The notes: generated from the letters alone by a model not told the origin. 64,000 nucleotides of DNA from Candidatus Cloacimonadales bacterium (GCA_963662655.2 CAXXTU010000002.1:3392001-3456000); one strand, 5' to 3'. Shown: positions 1 to 9,925, numbered from the stretch's first letter. Translations and numbers: made by a program.

Positions 1-20
1 GCTGGGGGGCTGCCGACGTA

Positions 21-2351
21 TTGCGAGAGCGTGGTGTGACGTCGATGATGAAATCCTTCAACGACATCAAGGATGCATCCAAGCTTTCACTTGAAGCCGT
101 ACGCGAAGCCTTCATGAAGACGCTGACCGATCCGAAAGCCGGTATTGCCGGTGCAACGGAGAAGCTCGCCCGTTCGATGAAGGGATTGCTTTCCAATATG
201 CAAGACTCGTGGTACATGCTCCGCGCGGAGATCGGAGAACGCTTTTTACCCGTGCTGAAGGAAGGCACCAAATGGGCCACCAAGTTCATGCGGGAACTTT
301 CGGAAACGAACCTTGAAAAAACGATCAGGGAACTCAGGCAAATCGGGGGAGCTGCCGAAGACATTAGAAAACTGGAAAAGATCAAGCTGGAACTCGAATT
401 ATTGGGTGTTGAGAAACAGATCAAGGCGATCAATACCGAAAACAAATCATTGGAAGATATCCAGAACAAAATTAATAAAAACACACAGTATCAAACGAGT
501 CTTATTAAGACCCAGGGAGAGGCAGAGGCAAATCTAATCGCGATCAGAAAGTCGGAAGAAGAGGGCAAACTCAACAAACGTACGACACAGATCATGATTA
601 ACAAAATGAAGGCTGAGCAAAAGTTGCTTGGGGCTAACCTGGCCATGAACATTGCTTCGAACACTTCTTTGAAGGCGCTGAGACAGAATACTGAGGATTT
701 TATTGAAGAGAACTCAAAACGCCTCAAGCAGTTAGACGAGGAAGGGGAAAAGAATTATGACCTTCTTGAGGTGATGCAAAAGAAGTTATTATTAGAAGAG
801 CAGATAAGTCTTCTTGGGAAACCCATCGATGAAACGAATACAACGCCGGAAGTCAACGAAGAAGAATTGAATAAGGCGCGCAACACGTGGGAAAACTATT
901 GGCGATCGCTTCAAACCAAACGCGAACAGATCAAGCTTGAAGAAATCGACATGATCGCGGCGTTGAATGCGTATCGGGATAAGGCGGGGTATAAAGAGGA
1001 AAGCGAGTGGTATGAAACGCGCCACAAGATGATTACCGACAACACGACGAAGCTCTATGCCGAACTGGACCGGATGGAAGATGAAGACGATGAGCGCAAG
1101 AAACAAAAGGAAAACGACAGGATCGAAGGAATCTTCCAGAAAGAACTACAAGTAGCGTCGTACAAGAAAGAGTTGGGTGTTGCCAGCAACAAAGACCTGA
1201 TGGAAATCTATGGACGCTATCTGGAATGGCTGGAAACGGCGTATGGCGAAGACAGTGCAGCATATCAGAAGGTGCTTTCAGAGAAAAACAGGGCTGCGGA
1301 GAACTGGCACGACGAGCAGATCGATCATTGGAAAGATCATCACAAGGCTGCGGTGAAGGCGATCGATGCCATCGGTGACGCGTGGTCAACGATGTGGAAC
1401 GAGATGCTCATCGAGGGATGGCAAGGCATGAACTCCCTGCAAAAGATGTGGGATGCTGCCTGGCGAAGCGCGGTACAGGGCATCGCCGATATCACGAAGG
1501 AGTGGATCAAGAAATCGGCGATCGAGCTTATGGTTCAGGAAGAGACTTCGGGATCCAAAGCGGCACTCATGGAATCCGAGGTTGCAGCCAAAGAGGCTTC
1601 CGAGACGCAGAAACAGGCTGCCATTGCCCGAACCGCAAGCGTAGAGAATGGGATTGTCTCTTCAACTGTGCTTTCGAACGCTGTTCAATATTCTTCTGAT
1701 GCAGCGACAAAGGCAATAACGGAGACCGCGAAACAATCTTCTATGACACAGACTGCTGTTATCAGCAAGATAACGGCTGCCTCCGAGATGTTGGACGACA
1801 AGGGCGTCATCGCTACGGAACTGGGGGAATCGGCAGCGAAGGTGATGTCGCAGTGGGCGGACAAGGGGCCTTTTGGTTGGGCTGCCGGTTCGACGCAGGT
1901 GTTGGCGATGGTGGAAACGATGGTTGGTATTATTGCCTCGATACGCCCTCAACTTGGGTTTGCCGGTGGTGGATATACGGGTGACGGCAACAAATACGAC
2001 CTGGCCGGTAATGTTCACAGGGGTGAATTCGTGTTTACTTCCGAGGCGACTCGTGGGCAGATTTTGGGGCTCGACTTACTACACAACTTCATGAAAGCCG
2101 GTGGGAACCTGCTGGATGTCCTCATACCGAGTATCGATTTGAGAGCTGCGGTCATGGCGCCCGGAGCAGGATCGTTCATGGCGGGTGATCCTCAAGTACT
2201 ACAGGAGCTTCGCGCAATCCGCGGGGAAGTCGCTGGACTGAAGACGTCAATCAACGAAATGCCCGACAAGTTTATACCCGTACAACGGGACACGGACGTT
2301 TACAACGCCAACAAACGAATCGAGAAACGAGTCTCAAGGCGGAGGTTTTAG
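21..2351 (+). CDS. Phage tail tape measure protein (5'-truncated by window edge)
   Basis: Long helical Ala/Glu/Lys-rich ORF with the C-terminal GFAGGGYTGDGNKYDLAGNVHRGEFV motif typical of tape measures; frame is open to the window start. Confidence 0.85.
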   Translation: MRERGVTSMMKSFNDIKDASKLSLEAVREAFMKTLTDPKAGIAGATEKLARSMKGLLSNMQDSWYMLRAEIGERFLPVLKEGTKWATKFMRELSETNLEKTIRELRQIGGAAEDIRKLEKIKLELELLGVEKQIKAINTENKSLEDIQNKINKNTQYQTSLIKTQGEAEANLIAIRKSEEEGKLNKRTTQIMINKMKAEQKLLGANLAMNIASNTSLKALRQNTEDFIEENSKRLKQLDEEGEKNYDLLEVMQKKLLLEEQISLLGKPIDETNTTPEVNEEELNKARNTWENYWRSLQTKREQIKLEEIDMIAALNAYRDKAGYKEESEWYETRHKMITDNTTKLYAELDRMEDEDDERKKQKENDRIEGIFQKELQVASYKKELGVASNKDLMEIYGRYLEWLETAYGEDSAAYQKVLSEKNRAAENWHDEQIDHWKDHHKAAVKAIDAIGDAWSTMWNEMLIEGWQGMNSLQKMWDAAWRSAVQGIADITKEWIKKSAIELMVQEETSGSKAALMESEVAAKEASETQKQAAIARTASVENGIVSSTVLSNAVQYSSDAATKAITETAKQSSMTQTAVISKITAASEMLDDKGVIATELGESAAKVMSQWADKGPFGWAAGSTQVLAMVETMVGIIASIRPQLGFAGGGYTGDGNKYDLAGNVHRGEFVFTSEATRGQILGLDLLHNFMKAGGNLLDVLIPSIDLRAAVMAPGAGSFMAGDPQVLQELRAIRGEVAGLKTSINEMPDKFIPVQRDTDVYNANKRIEKRVSRRRF

Positions 2352-2354
2352 GGT

Positions 2355-4418
2355 ATGGCGAACGATATTGGATTATACCGTGTAACGGTGAGAGTGGGAT
2401 TTTCCAACTATAACGATCCCAATAGCTGGCACGGAATCCCGAACATCACGAGTGCCCGGATGATCCAGACAAATCATGGTGAAGAGGACGACCCGCTCGA
2501 AGTGTGGGCGTCGAGTTCTACTCCCAATCCATACAGCGGATCGGTAGATTTTGAATTCAGGTTTCCGAAATCCGACTGGCTGAGTGGTATCACTTACATG
2601 CTGCTTGTGGAAGTGGACGGATACGAAAATCTCGAGTTGTATTCCCTGGACGGCTCTACGATCGCGAACTATTGCTCGTACTACCAAGAGCCTTATGCTC
2701 TTCCTCTTCAGGAAATGACGTATATCGTGGTGGGACAAGTTATATTAGCAATTTTCGGCGATGGAATCCACGCGATATCGGGGCTTCATGTCAACATCGG
2801 GACAGGAGATTATTATAATCAGGATTATCTCGAGGTCATGATGGTTCCCGGATATTACACCATTACGATCGACAGCAGCAACTACGTGACGAAGACAAAG
2901 GATATTTACGTTGCCCCTTACGGCTATCAATTGCTCAACATCACACTGACTTACCTGAACTCCGTTGATACCGCGAAAGAAACCGGGCGTATTGCACTAC
3001 GCTTTTTGAGCAAGGAAACGGGACAGGAATACGACGCACAATCCTTGATCCTGCTGGACTCCGACCTTGGAATGAAACGATTGATCAGCGAGAACGGTAT
3101 GCGTGAGGCGAGGGAAATAACGCTTACCTTTGCAAAAAACGATTGGCTTGTTCAGCATTTTCGCGAAACGGACAACGAAACCGGCGACTATTTAATCGAC
3201 ATCTATGCGGGAGCAAACCTCATCATGCGTGGTGTGGCCGATGTGGCTTCGACCGAGATCAATCAGGATACGGTGCGGTTGAGTGTGAACGATTATCTAG
3301 TGCTGATTCCCATTTACGGAGAAAGCTTGTTTCTGAAGGTTCGCGAAACCGTATTGCAGGAGTTTCGCGCGTATCCATCGAACCTACTGCTCAAGGCGAT
3401 TCTGGACGAGATATTCGATGAATCCGGTATCGATTTCAGCTCGCCCGATCTGCCGAACAACTGTAAAGAGGAATTCGATTTTACTGCCGAGCTCCCGGAC
3501 TGGTGGAGCGATGAGGACATCGACGGGCAGGGAGAATACGGACAACGATTTTACATGGGATTTCCCTGTTACAATGCCGACCACGAAGATGGTGAGGATG
3601 TTTTTGCCCCTCTTCTGGACTGCGTGGTGCTTTACCGGACGATATGGTATGCCGAGCAGGGCGACGGTGAGCGAGTTACGCATCTACGAATCATTGTGAA
3701 GGGGCCGAACGGACTGATTTCATTCGATCGGGAGAACACAAGTTACCCCGGGGCATTTCTTTCGGGAACCCGAGAAGCGTGGGAAAAGGATATCGAGATT
3801 TTCAGCATGGATAGCGATTGCGGAATGATGCTGGGCGGACACAATATTCGCGGAATTATGCCGAGTGCCGTCGATACCCGCCAGGTGGACGACCATGAAT
3901 GTCAGATGATCTTCGGCCACAAGGTTTATTCTGCGCGTGTAACCAATTGGGAGAAAATCACCCCGCTGCGAGCCGGAGAATTATCGTATCAGGAAATCCT
4001 GAAATCCATCCTCTGGGTAAAAGACCTGACCGTCATTGCCGACGCGACTGGCCGGATTCGATTCATGAACAGGGAAATGCTGGCGAACGGATTCGATCCC
4101 CTTGTGGTGGGAAGCGACGTTTTGCCAGATGGATGGGTTCTGAGCGACGCGCCGAGCTGGTTCGACTCGGATCGCGAAGAAGATCACAGCGGTGCATTGA
4201 GCGAGGATGCGGAGTTTTTCGAAGAGAAAATCAAACAATTGAAACGGCGAGATGCCGAATCCACATGGAGAAGCCGAAAGGGCGGAGAGCTTGAGGTTCT
4301 TTCCATGATTGACCTGCATTTGGGCGATCAGATCATATTAGATGGTAGAACATTGATCGTGATTGGTTTGAAGCTGGACGACTTTGGCGGAAAGTACGAT
4401 GTCGAGTATCTCGAATAG
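2355..4418 (+). CDS. Putative tail/baseplate protein with a PEGA-like segment
   Basis: Follows tape measure; GGAGG RBS; PGYYTITIDSSNYVTKTKDIYV resembles PEGA/carboxypeptidase-regulatory domain; C-terminal LHLGDQIILDGRTLIVIG is tail-hub-like. Confidence 0.55.
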   Translation: MANDIGLYRVTVRVGFSNYNDPNSWHGIPNITSARMIQTNHGEEDDPLEVWASSSTPNPYSGSVDFEFRFPKSDWLSGITYMLLVEVDGYENLELYSLDGSTIANYCSYYQEPYALPLQEMTYIVVGQVILAIFGDGIHAISGLHVNIGTGDYYNQDYLEVMMVPGYYTITIDSSNYVTKTKDIYVAPYGYQLLNITLTYLNSVDTAKETGRIALRFLSKETGQEYDAQSLILLDSDLGMKRLISENGMREAREITLTFAKNDWLVQHFRETDNETGDYLIDIYAGANLIMRGVADVASTEINQDTVRLSVNDYLVLIPIYGESLFLKVRETVLQEFRAYPSNLLLKAILDEIFDESGIDFSSPDLPNNCKEEFDFTAELPDWWSDEDIDGQGEYGQRFYMGFPCYNADHEDGEDVFAPLLDCVVLYRTIWYAEQGDGERVTHLRIIVKGPNGLISFDRENTSYPGAFLSGTREAWEKDIEIFSMDSDCGMMLGGHNIRGIMPSAVDTRQVDDHECQMIFGHKVYSARVTNWEKITPLRAGELSYQEILKSILWVKDLTVIADATGRIRFMNREMLANGFDPLVVGSDVLPDGWVLSDAPSWFDSDREEDHSGALSEDAEFFEEKIKQLKRRDAESTWRSRKGGELEVLSMIDLHLGDQIILDGRTLIVIGLKLDDFGGKYDVEYLE

Positions 4419-4427
4419 GTGATTGAA

Positions 4428-4946
4428 ATGAGCGAAGTACAACATTTTATTGGATATGGGAAACTGAGAGTCGAGTATGGCGGCTTGGTGGCTGAATTCG
4501 AGAAGACAACCGAAATTGAATTCCATGCCGAAGAGGAATACGAGATTTACAAGAACGTACGAGGCGGCCCCGAGAGCGGGAAACGATTCATGTGCTCCGG
4601 CGGGTATTATATGAAGATCGCCCGACGGGTGTATTATACGGAAGCCACTTCAAAAGAGACGTTCAAGAAGTTTATCCGGATCCTCAACAACAGCCGACAA
4701 AGCAATCCTCGCTGGCGGGATCCGATCAAGGTGTATCCCGAGTATGACCCGAACTTTGAGCATAATCAGTGGTACTGGTGTTACATGACGAATGGCGCGA
4801 ACTGGCATCGGGCTTTTACGGCAGAAGTAGGCCAGTACCGAGACCTTGAATTTATTGGAAGCGAACTACTACTTCACGAGCCGAGCTACACACACGGTGA
4901 CGGTGAAGGCTATGGCGAAGACTATGGCGACGACTATGGAGGTTGA
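4428..4946 (+). CDS. Hypothetical tail-module protein
   Basis: AGGTGA RBS before ATG 4428; C-terminal GYGEDYGDDYGG repeat; position in tail operon. Confidence 0.55.
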   Translation: MSEVQHFIGYGKLRVEYGGLVAEFEKTTEIEFHAEEEYEIYKNVRGGPESGKRFMCSGGYYMKIARRVYYTEATSKETFKKFIRILNNSRQSNPRWRDPIKVYPEYDPNFEHNQWYWCYMTNGANWHRAFTAEVGQYRDLEFIGSELLLHEPSYTHGDGEGYGEDYGDDYGG

Positions 4947-4948
4947 CA

Positions 4949-5917
4949 ATGGCCATTACAGATCACTTTGAACTATACTTACCCGCAGCGCATGAAGACG
5001 GATGCGCCAGCGCCCTGAACAACAACCTGATTACGATCGATGGGCTGATGTATGCGAATCAGCAGGCAATCGCGAACCACATGTCGAGCGGAACAGCACA
5101 CCAGGCGGCGAAAATCACGGCTTCCGGCCCGGGTGGGGCAACAAACGCTCAGGCGGCATTGAATTATCTGGAATCCGCGAAGAGTAATACAGGCCACACA
5201 CATCCAGGATACGCCACTACATCTGTGACTGATAATATCGAAGAGCGTCTTGAAGCCGTTGAAGATCAGATTGAAGGGCTTGATCCGAACAAGGTTCTTG
5301 TCACTTCCGGTGATAGCGATTTGGCGACGGAGACGAAGAGAACTGCCCACAACAAGGACTTCGGGACGGGCGCAACAGACGTAATGCCTGGTAACTATGC
5401 TTACTCGAAGGCGGAAACCGATGCAAAGGTTGCGGGGATCAACGAGAATGTATCGGGAATAACGCTTTCTGGTATCAGCGCGCGCGACCAGAATGAGAAT
5501 GTGCGTCTGATACTGCCGCAAGTAATATCCGCAATTACGGGCATCGCCCTGTCCGGGCCCTATACGATCGAGTATATCGTAGATAATACGGCAACCATCG
5601 ACTGGAGCCTTACGACATCACAGGAAACGTTGATATCTACACAAAACCATGTGGCCGTACCGAAACCGGTGGAGGGCGATAGCGTGTACAATTCGACGGC
5701 GTACGTGCACTACCGCGTGAAGTTTACCAACGCGAATTCCACGAGCTATACCCCTTGGACGGCGGGAAGCCTTGCGGTGGATGAACCGGCGGATTTTGTC
5801 GAGCAGGTTGCTGACCGCATCATTGCGAACAGTACGGCAATGGCGCTGGTGGGAGACCGTGTTGCAACGAATCCTGCTGCTATAGCCGCGATTTCGAGCA
5901 ATATCGCTTCTTCGTAG
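4949..5917 (+). CDS. Putative tail fibre/receptor-binding protein
   Basis: GGAGG RBS; N-terminus TDHFELYLPA..LNNNLITID resembles fibre anchors; HTHPGY motif and short coiled coil. Confidence 0.55.
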   Translation: MAITDHFELYLPAAHEDGCASALNNNLITIDGLMYANQQAIANHMSSGTAHQAAKITASGPGGATNAQAALNYLESAKSNTGHTHPGYATTSVTDNIEERLEAVEDQIEGLDPNKVLVTSGDSDLATETKRTAHNKDFGTGATDVMPGNYAYSKAETDAKVAGINENVSGITLSGISARDQNENVRLILPQVISAITGIALSGPYTIEYIVDNTATIDWSLTTSQETLISTQNHVAVPKPVEGDSVYNSTAYVHYRVKFTNANSTSYTPWTAGSLAVDEPADFVEQVADRIIANSTAMALVGDRVATNPAAIAAISSNIASS

Positions 5918-5932
5918 AAACAGGAGAAATGA

Positions 5933-6871
5933 ATGTCTTGGAGATTACCGGAAAATCTGCGCATACAAGGTTTGGGAAAGTATATCCGAAACGACGGGAC
6001 GCCGAGAGATCGTGGAATTGAGATAACCGGTGAATTTTTCGGCGTGAAGAATCCACCGACGACGCTGGACCAGGCGACGAACGATTTGCGGAGGATTTTC
6101 CGCGAGGACAACCTGGCGGAACGGAGAGTGATGCGGAAGGAAGTGGAGATCGAAGCTGGTGGAGAAGCGGGGACAGTATCCGGGCTCCTGCAACACGATT
6201 TCATGGCGATGTCGGCAGGAACGTACTACGTGAACAATGACGTTTGCCTCGGGCAAAGCTGCCAATGGAAGCGGATTCAGGTGACAGACTACGCGGCGAT
6301 CAATGACAACCTACTACCGAAGTACGTATCCGTTACCTACAACGGTAAAACCATAACTTTCAGCAACGATTCCGGTGGTGGATCCAAGACTTGGTCTGAC
6401 AAGGCAGGCGACGATCTGCTTGCGAAAGAGATAGCAACGGTGATACAAAACTATTTCGGGGCCGAGAGCGACGAGATCATCGTTGCAGGTGAATATGACG
6501 ACTACATCTTTTTCAGGGCGGATGTGTTCACCGCGGTGTCGCTGAACTATACGACGGGATTCGACCCTGCCAACACGACGCTTTCGACCGAAACCGCACC
6601 GTGCTATGTTGACTCGAAACTGTACGGTGATTGTGCTTACAATACCTACGCGAAGAGCAATATCTATTTCCCTTCGAGTAGCGCCGAACTGGGCGGATTC
6701 CCTGTGATCATGTCCAACTGTCGAGCTTGCGAGGTTTGTATCCACGCGTGCCCAGCATTGGCGATCTACAATCGGCTAACAAAGACTGCCGAGAGCCTAT
6801 CGTCGATCAATCCTAATCTTCGGGATGAATGGGTGAAATGCGCACAGGCGAAGATGGGTGATGATTTGTAA
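5933..6871 (+). CDS. Tail-module protein with 4Fe-4S ferredoxin-type motif
   Basis: AGGAG RBS; CRACEVCIHACP = CxxCxxCxxxCP at 6719-6754; further Cys in CLGQSC and PCYVDSKLYGDC. Confidence 0.65.
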   Translation: MSWRLPENLRIQGLGKYIRNDGTPRDRGIEITGEFFGVKNPPTTLDQATNDLRRIFREDNLAERRVMRKEVEIEAGGEAGTVSGLLQHDFMAMSAGTYYVNNDVCLGQSCQWKRIQVTDYAAINDNLLPKYVSVTYNGKTITFSNDSGGGSKTWSDKAGDDLLAKEIATVIQNYFGAESDEIIVAGEYDDYIFFRADVFTAVSLNYTTGFDPANTTLSTETAPCYVDSKLYGDCAYNTYAKSNIYFPSSSAELGGFPVIMSNCRACEVCIHACPALAIYNRLTKTAESLSSINPNLRDEWVKCAQAKMGDDL

Positions 6872-6899
6872 CATCCTGTGGATTTATGATGGTAAAGAG

Positions 6900-6924
6900 A
6901 AACCCCGTGCGACCACGGGGTTTT
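6900..6924. terminator. Bidirectional intrinsic terminator
   Basis: AAACCCCGTG-CGAC-CACGGGGTTT hairpin between convergent operons. Confidence 0.75.
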
Positions 6925-6934
6925 GACTATGAAG

Positions 6935-7318
6935 TTATACGGAATCTTCGTACTTGTCAAGCAGCAAGTCAATACCCTTTTTAATGACGCCGGGGAAGCT
7001 ATTGATATCATTGAACGTATCAACCCCATCCCCCGATTGAGTTCTTCCGATGTAAACTTTGACGAAAAAATCCTCTACTATGAACGTGCCATCTTTGATC
7101 TCTTCAGTTCCGGGATACATGTAAATCGCTCCGATGTGCTTCGTTTTAACAGGTCGGGTGCTTTCCAGTACGTGGACAAGCTCGATGCAGCATAGTTCAT
7201 TATCCGAATTTGGGGGTATTATGTGCAGTGCGAACTTGGCTGTTTCTCTGAGAACGGATTTAAGTTTGTTTCTGACAACCTTTTCGTCTTTAAGATGATC
7301 GAGAACTGCTTGAATCAT
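6935..7318 (-). CDS. Hypothetical protein
   Basis: 127 aa, AAGGAG RBS, last gene of leftward block. Confidence 0.65.
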   Translation of the reverse strand: MIQAVLDHLKDEKVVRNKLKSVLRETAKFALHIIPPNSDNELCCIELVHVLESTRPVKTKHIGAIYMYPGTEEIKDGTFIVEDFFVKVYIGRTQSGDGVDTFNDINSFPGVIKKGIDLLLDKYEDSV

Positions 7319-7358
7319 GGATTACTCCTTAGCTATGTGGTTTGTACTATGAAATGCA

Positions 7359-8567
7359 CTAGCATTGTTTCCTCGCTGGCTCGAGTTTTTGTGCTTTTTT
7401 GTTGTCGGTGTTACCAATCGGGACAAGTTCCTTGATTTTGAATGAGTTAATACCCCCTGTAAACTCTAAGCTAATCCTGTGTGTGGGTGTGAATTCCTGT
7501 ATATCAATTGCAGCAAGCAATCGGTAGAGTTTGCTATCCATTTGTAAAGGGGGAGCGATATCTTCTACAGCAAAATAGGTGTCAAGGTTGGAGGATTTTC
7601 CTGGAACTCTGACGATGAAACTGGATTCAGACAAGTCGTTTTTAATCGTTAATCCCGTATATAGACTCGTTGCTTTGTAATCACAATCCTCATTGACACA
7701 TTGGCAATCGTAGGTTTCGCCAATTTCGATAGGTGTATAAATCTCATCCTTAAGCTGTGTGAACTGCTCAAGTATATGATTTTGAGCGCTTTTAAGGAGT
7801 GATAGGACTTCCTCCCTGGAAAGCATTTCGTCTTTCTCGATTATATCTTGCCTGATTTTTTCGAATGCAAGGAAAGAGTTTATCGATCGATGAATGACCG
7901 ATCCCAAAATCGTATCGCAATCTGCGCTACCGTCATCGATTCGGTCAAAGCAATGAAGATATTGAACGACATCAATTATTTTGTGCCTGCCATCAGGAGT
8001 CAGTATCAATATTATTTCGGGAGTAATATCTGGTATATCCTTGTTGTATTCATTGGGGAAATCTAATAAGAGTCTATTGCAGTAAGCCGCTGCAACAAAT
8101 CTTATTGCATCGTGAAGTCTATACTGATTTTTATCAGTAAGACCATCGATGTAAACGTTCCTCTGCTCCTCATAATCTCCGTAGTTTCCAACATTGGCCA
8201 GTTTATTTAGCCGGTCAACCACGTACACGATAAGCGCTTGTTGGACAACGGGAAATGATGATGTTTCGATGGAAAATGTGAATCCCGAGCTCAGCAATCG
8301 TTTCCAAATGATACGGAACCAACCAGAGCCAGATGTACGATCAAGATATTCTCCACATCTCATGTGCATGTCGAGGTTCTCGCAAGCTTCAGGAGAATCA
8401 GTGATTGTCTCACCTTCTTCTCGAATCCAGGCTTCAATGGTGGAACAGCTAACTTCACATATTTCTGCGAGTCGTCGTATCGTGTAGCCAAAATCATCGT
8501 GTAGGTCGTGGAGAGTTTCATTAAAATCGACAAGCTCCATGAGTTCCTTGATTTCTTTTTCTTTCAT
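7359..8567 (-). CDS. XRE-type HTH fused to a large unknown domain
   Basis: Start MKEKEIK in an ATGA overlap with the upstream gene; N-terminal GYTIRRLAEICEVSCSTIEAWIRE is HTH-like; AT-rich. Confidence 0.6.
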   Translation of the reverse strand: MKEKEIKELMELVDFNETLHDLHDDFGYTIRRLAEICEVSCSTIEAWIREEGETITDSPEACENLDMHMRCGEYLDRTSGSGWFRIIWKRLLSSGFTFSIETSSFPVVQQALIVYVVDRLNKLANVGNYGDYEEQRNVYIDGLTDKNQYRLHDAIRFVAAAYCNRLLLDFPNEYNKDIPDITPEIILILTPDGRHKIIDVVQYLHCFDRIDDGSADCDTILGSVIHRSINSFLAFEKIRQDIIEKDEMLSREEVLSLLKSAQNHILEQFTQLKDEIYTPIEIGETYDCQCVNEDCDYKATSLYTGLTIKNDLSESSFIVRVPGKSSNLDTYFAVEDIAPPLQMDSKLYRLLAAIDIQEFTPTHRISLEFTGGINSFKIKELVPIGNTDNKKAQKLEPARKQC

Positions 8568-8899
8568 TGGTTTTCCCTTGACCCTGGGATTTCGACTATA
8601 GGATGTCTCATGCGTTCTTCTCTCATGGGAGAAATCTGAATAGGTGGAGTGATGCCTATCTCTTGGAATCTTTCCCAATGAGATTTGAATGGTTCCGATT
8701 CGCAGTATTCTTTGAGCTTCTTTCTTTCGAATGGGGTGAGGGGTGTTTTCTTTAGCACGATCTTGCTGATGGCTTTGCGGACTATTTCTTCTCGCTTTTT
8801 CCAGCGACGAAGCATTTCAACGAGTCTGCCTTCGGTTGCCGCTTTGCGAAAATACGTTGTTCCGTTCTCGTGTTTCACTATCCACGGTATTTCACTCAT
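8564..8899 (-). CDS. Hypothetical protein, paralogue of 8930-9274
   Basis: AAGGAG RBS; shares ENGTxY and RKAIxKIxxKxTPLTPxExKKLxEY with neighbour. Confidence 0.75.
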   Translation of the reverse strand: MSEIPWIVKHENGTTYFRKAATEGRLVEMLRRWKKREEIVRKAISKIVLKKTPLTPFERKKLKEYCESEPFKSHWERFQEIGITPPIQISPMREERMRHPIVEIPGSRENQ

Positions 8900-8929
8900 G
8901 GTGTGTCTCCTTTGACTATATATCTTCCA

Positions 8930-9274
8930 CTATAGTGGTATGATTCTAATTCCGTGCGTATTCATCCAACGCTCATAATCGAGATAGGTGAAATTCAGGC
9001 TATGCGGAGGTTTTAGCAACATTTCTTCGAACCTTTGGAAAGATAACCTCCGTTGTTCTGCTTCGCGATACTCTATAAGCTTCTTTTGCTCGTATGGTGT
9101 GAGCGGGGTTGTTTTGAATAATATCTTTTCGATAGCCTTGCGGGTAATATCCCTACGATGGATCAACCGGCGACAGGCCTCAATGAAACTGCTTGCGGCT
9201 GGCGATGTATCTTGAATGTCTTTCATAGACAAATAGACAGTTCCGTTCTCGTATACCCAAACGGAATTTATCAT
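8930..9274 (-). CDS. Hypothetical protein, paralogue of 8564-8899
   Basis: GAGG RBS; shared motifs with neighbour. Confidence 0.75.
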   Translation of the reverse strand: MINSVWVYENGTVYLSMKDIQDTSPAASSFIEACRRLIHRRDITRKAIEKILFKTTPLTPYEQKKLIEYREAEQRRLSFQRFEEMLLKPPHSLNFTYLDYERWMNTHGIRIIPL

Positions 9275-9303
9275 GCGTTCCTCTCTTGACTATATGGTTT
9301 CTA

Positions 9304-9591
9304 CTATATATCTTGTTGTAACTGCTGCAATTGTTCCCATTGATACAGTGTTCTGAGAACCGCTTTACTTGGGGTGTTTAATCCCGATTCCTGTTTGTAC
9401 ACTGCGTTTTTTGATATTCCGGCGATGGAACCGAGTTTTGCTTGTGACATCCGGTGTTTTTGTCGCCACAGTTTCAATCCCTTATAGATATCCATGGTGT
9501 TTCCTTTCGAATCTGTGAAAACGATATTGCCGTCGATCTCTTCGATGTTGGCGTCTTTTTTGGGGCGATCTGCTGCGATGCCTTTCCTCAT
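9304..9591 (-). CDS. XRE-family HTH protein
   Basis: LKLWRQKHRMSQAKLGSIAGISKNAVYKQESGLNTPS; AAGGAG RBS. Confidence 0.85.
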   Translation of the reverse strand: MRKGIAADRPKKDANIEEIDGNIVFTDSKGNTMDIYKGLKLWRQKHRMSQAKLGSIAGISKNAVYKQESGLNTPSKAVLRTLYQWEQLQQLQQDI

Positions 9592-9624
9592 TGTTGCTCC
9601 TTGAATTGAAGTACGGACGATCGA

Positions 9625-9861
9625 TCATGACACGGCCGGAAGAATGCGATCGTCGTCCAGAACCATGGGATTTACACTATGGGAGTGAGAAAGAACATGG
9701 TCATGATTTGGTGAAATGCTATCTTCTTCCAATGACAGCATGATGTCAGAAATTACCGCTCGGGCGAGCTCTGGTGATGCTGAGACAACGTCAAGCGCTG
9801 AGCCGCGTAATTTCTCGTCTGGAATTTTTCGGATGATCTCGTTGATATTTGCGCGTTTCAT
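9625..9861 (-). CDS. Hypothetical protein
   Basis: AAGGAG RBS, directly downstream of a consensus promoter. Confidence 0.6.
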   Translation of the reverse strand: MKRANINEIIRKIPDEKLRGSALDVVSASPELARAVISDIMLSLEEDSISPNHDHVLSHSHSVNPMVLDDDRILPAVS

Positions 9862-9925
9862 GGGTACTCCTTTGTTGTATTTTGCACGTCAACAACACCC
9901 TGTGAAATCAGCACAATACAAATGG

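Noticed and set aside
21..4946. Three consecutive tail ORFs in one frame separated by TAG, suggesting amber recoding or readthrough
   Set aside because: Each downstream ORF has its own RBS and ATG, long ORFs are uninterrupted under the standard code, and no suppressor tRNA is seen
4949..6871. Diversity-generating retroelement or tail-fibre shufflon
   Set aside because: No reverse transcriptase, template/variable repeat pair or alternative fibre cassettes visible in the window
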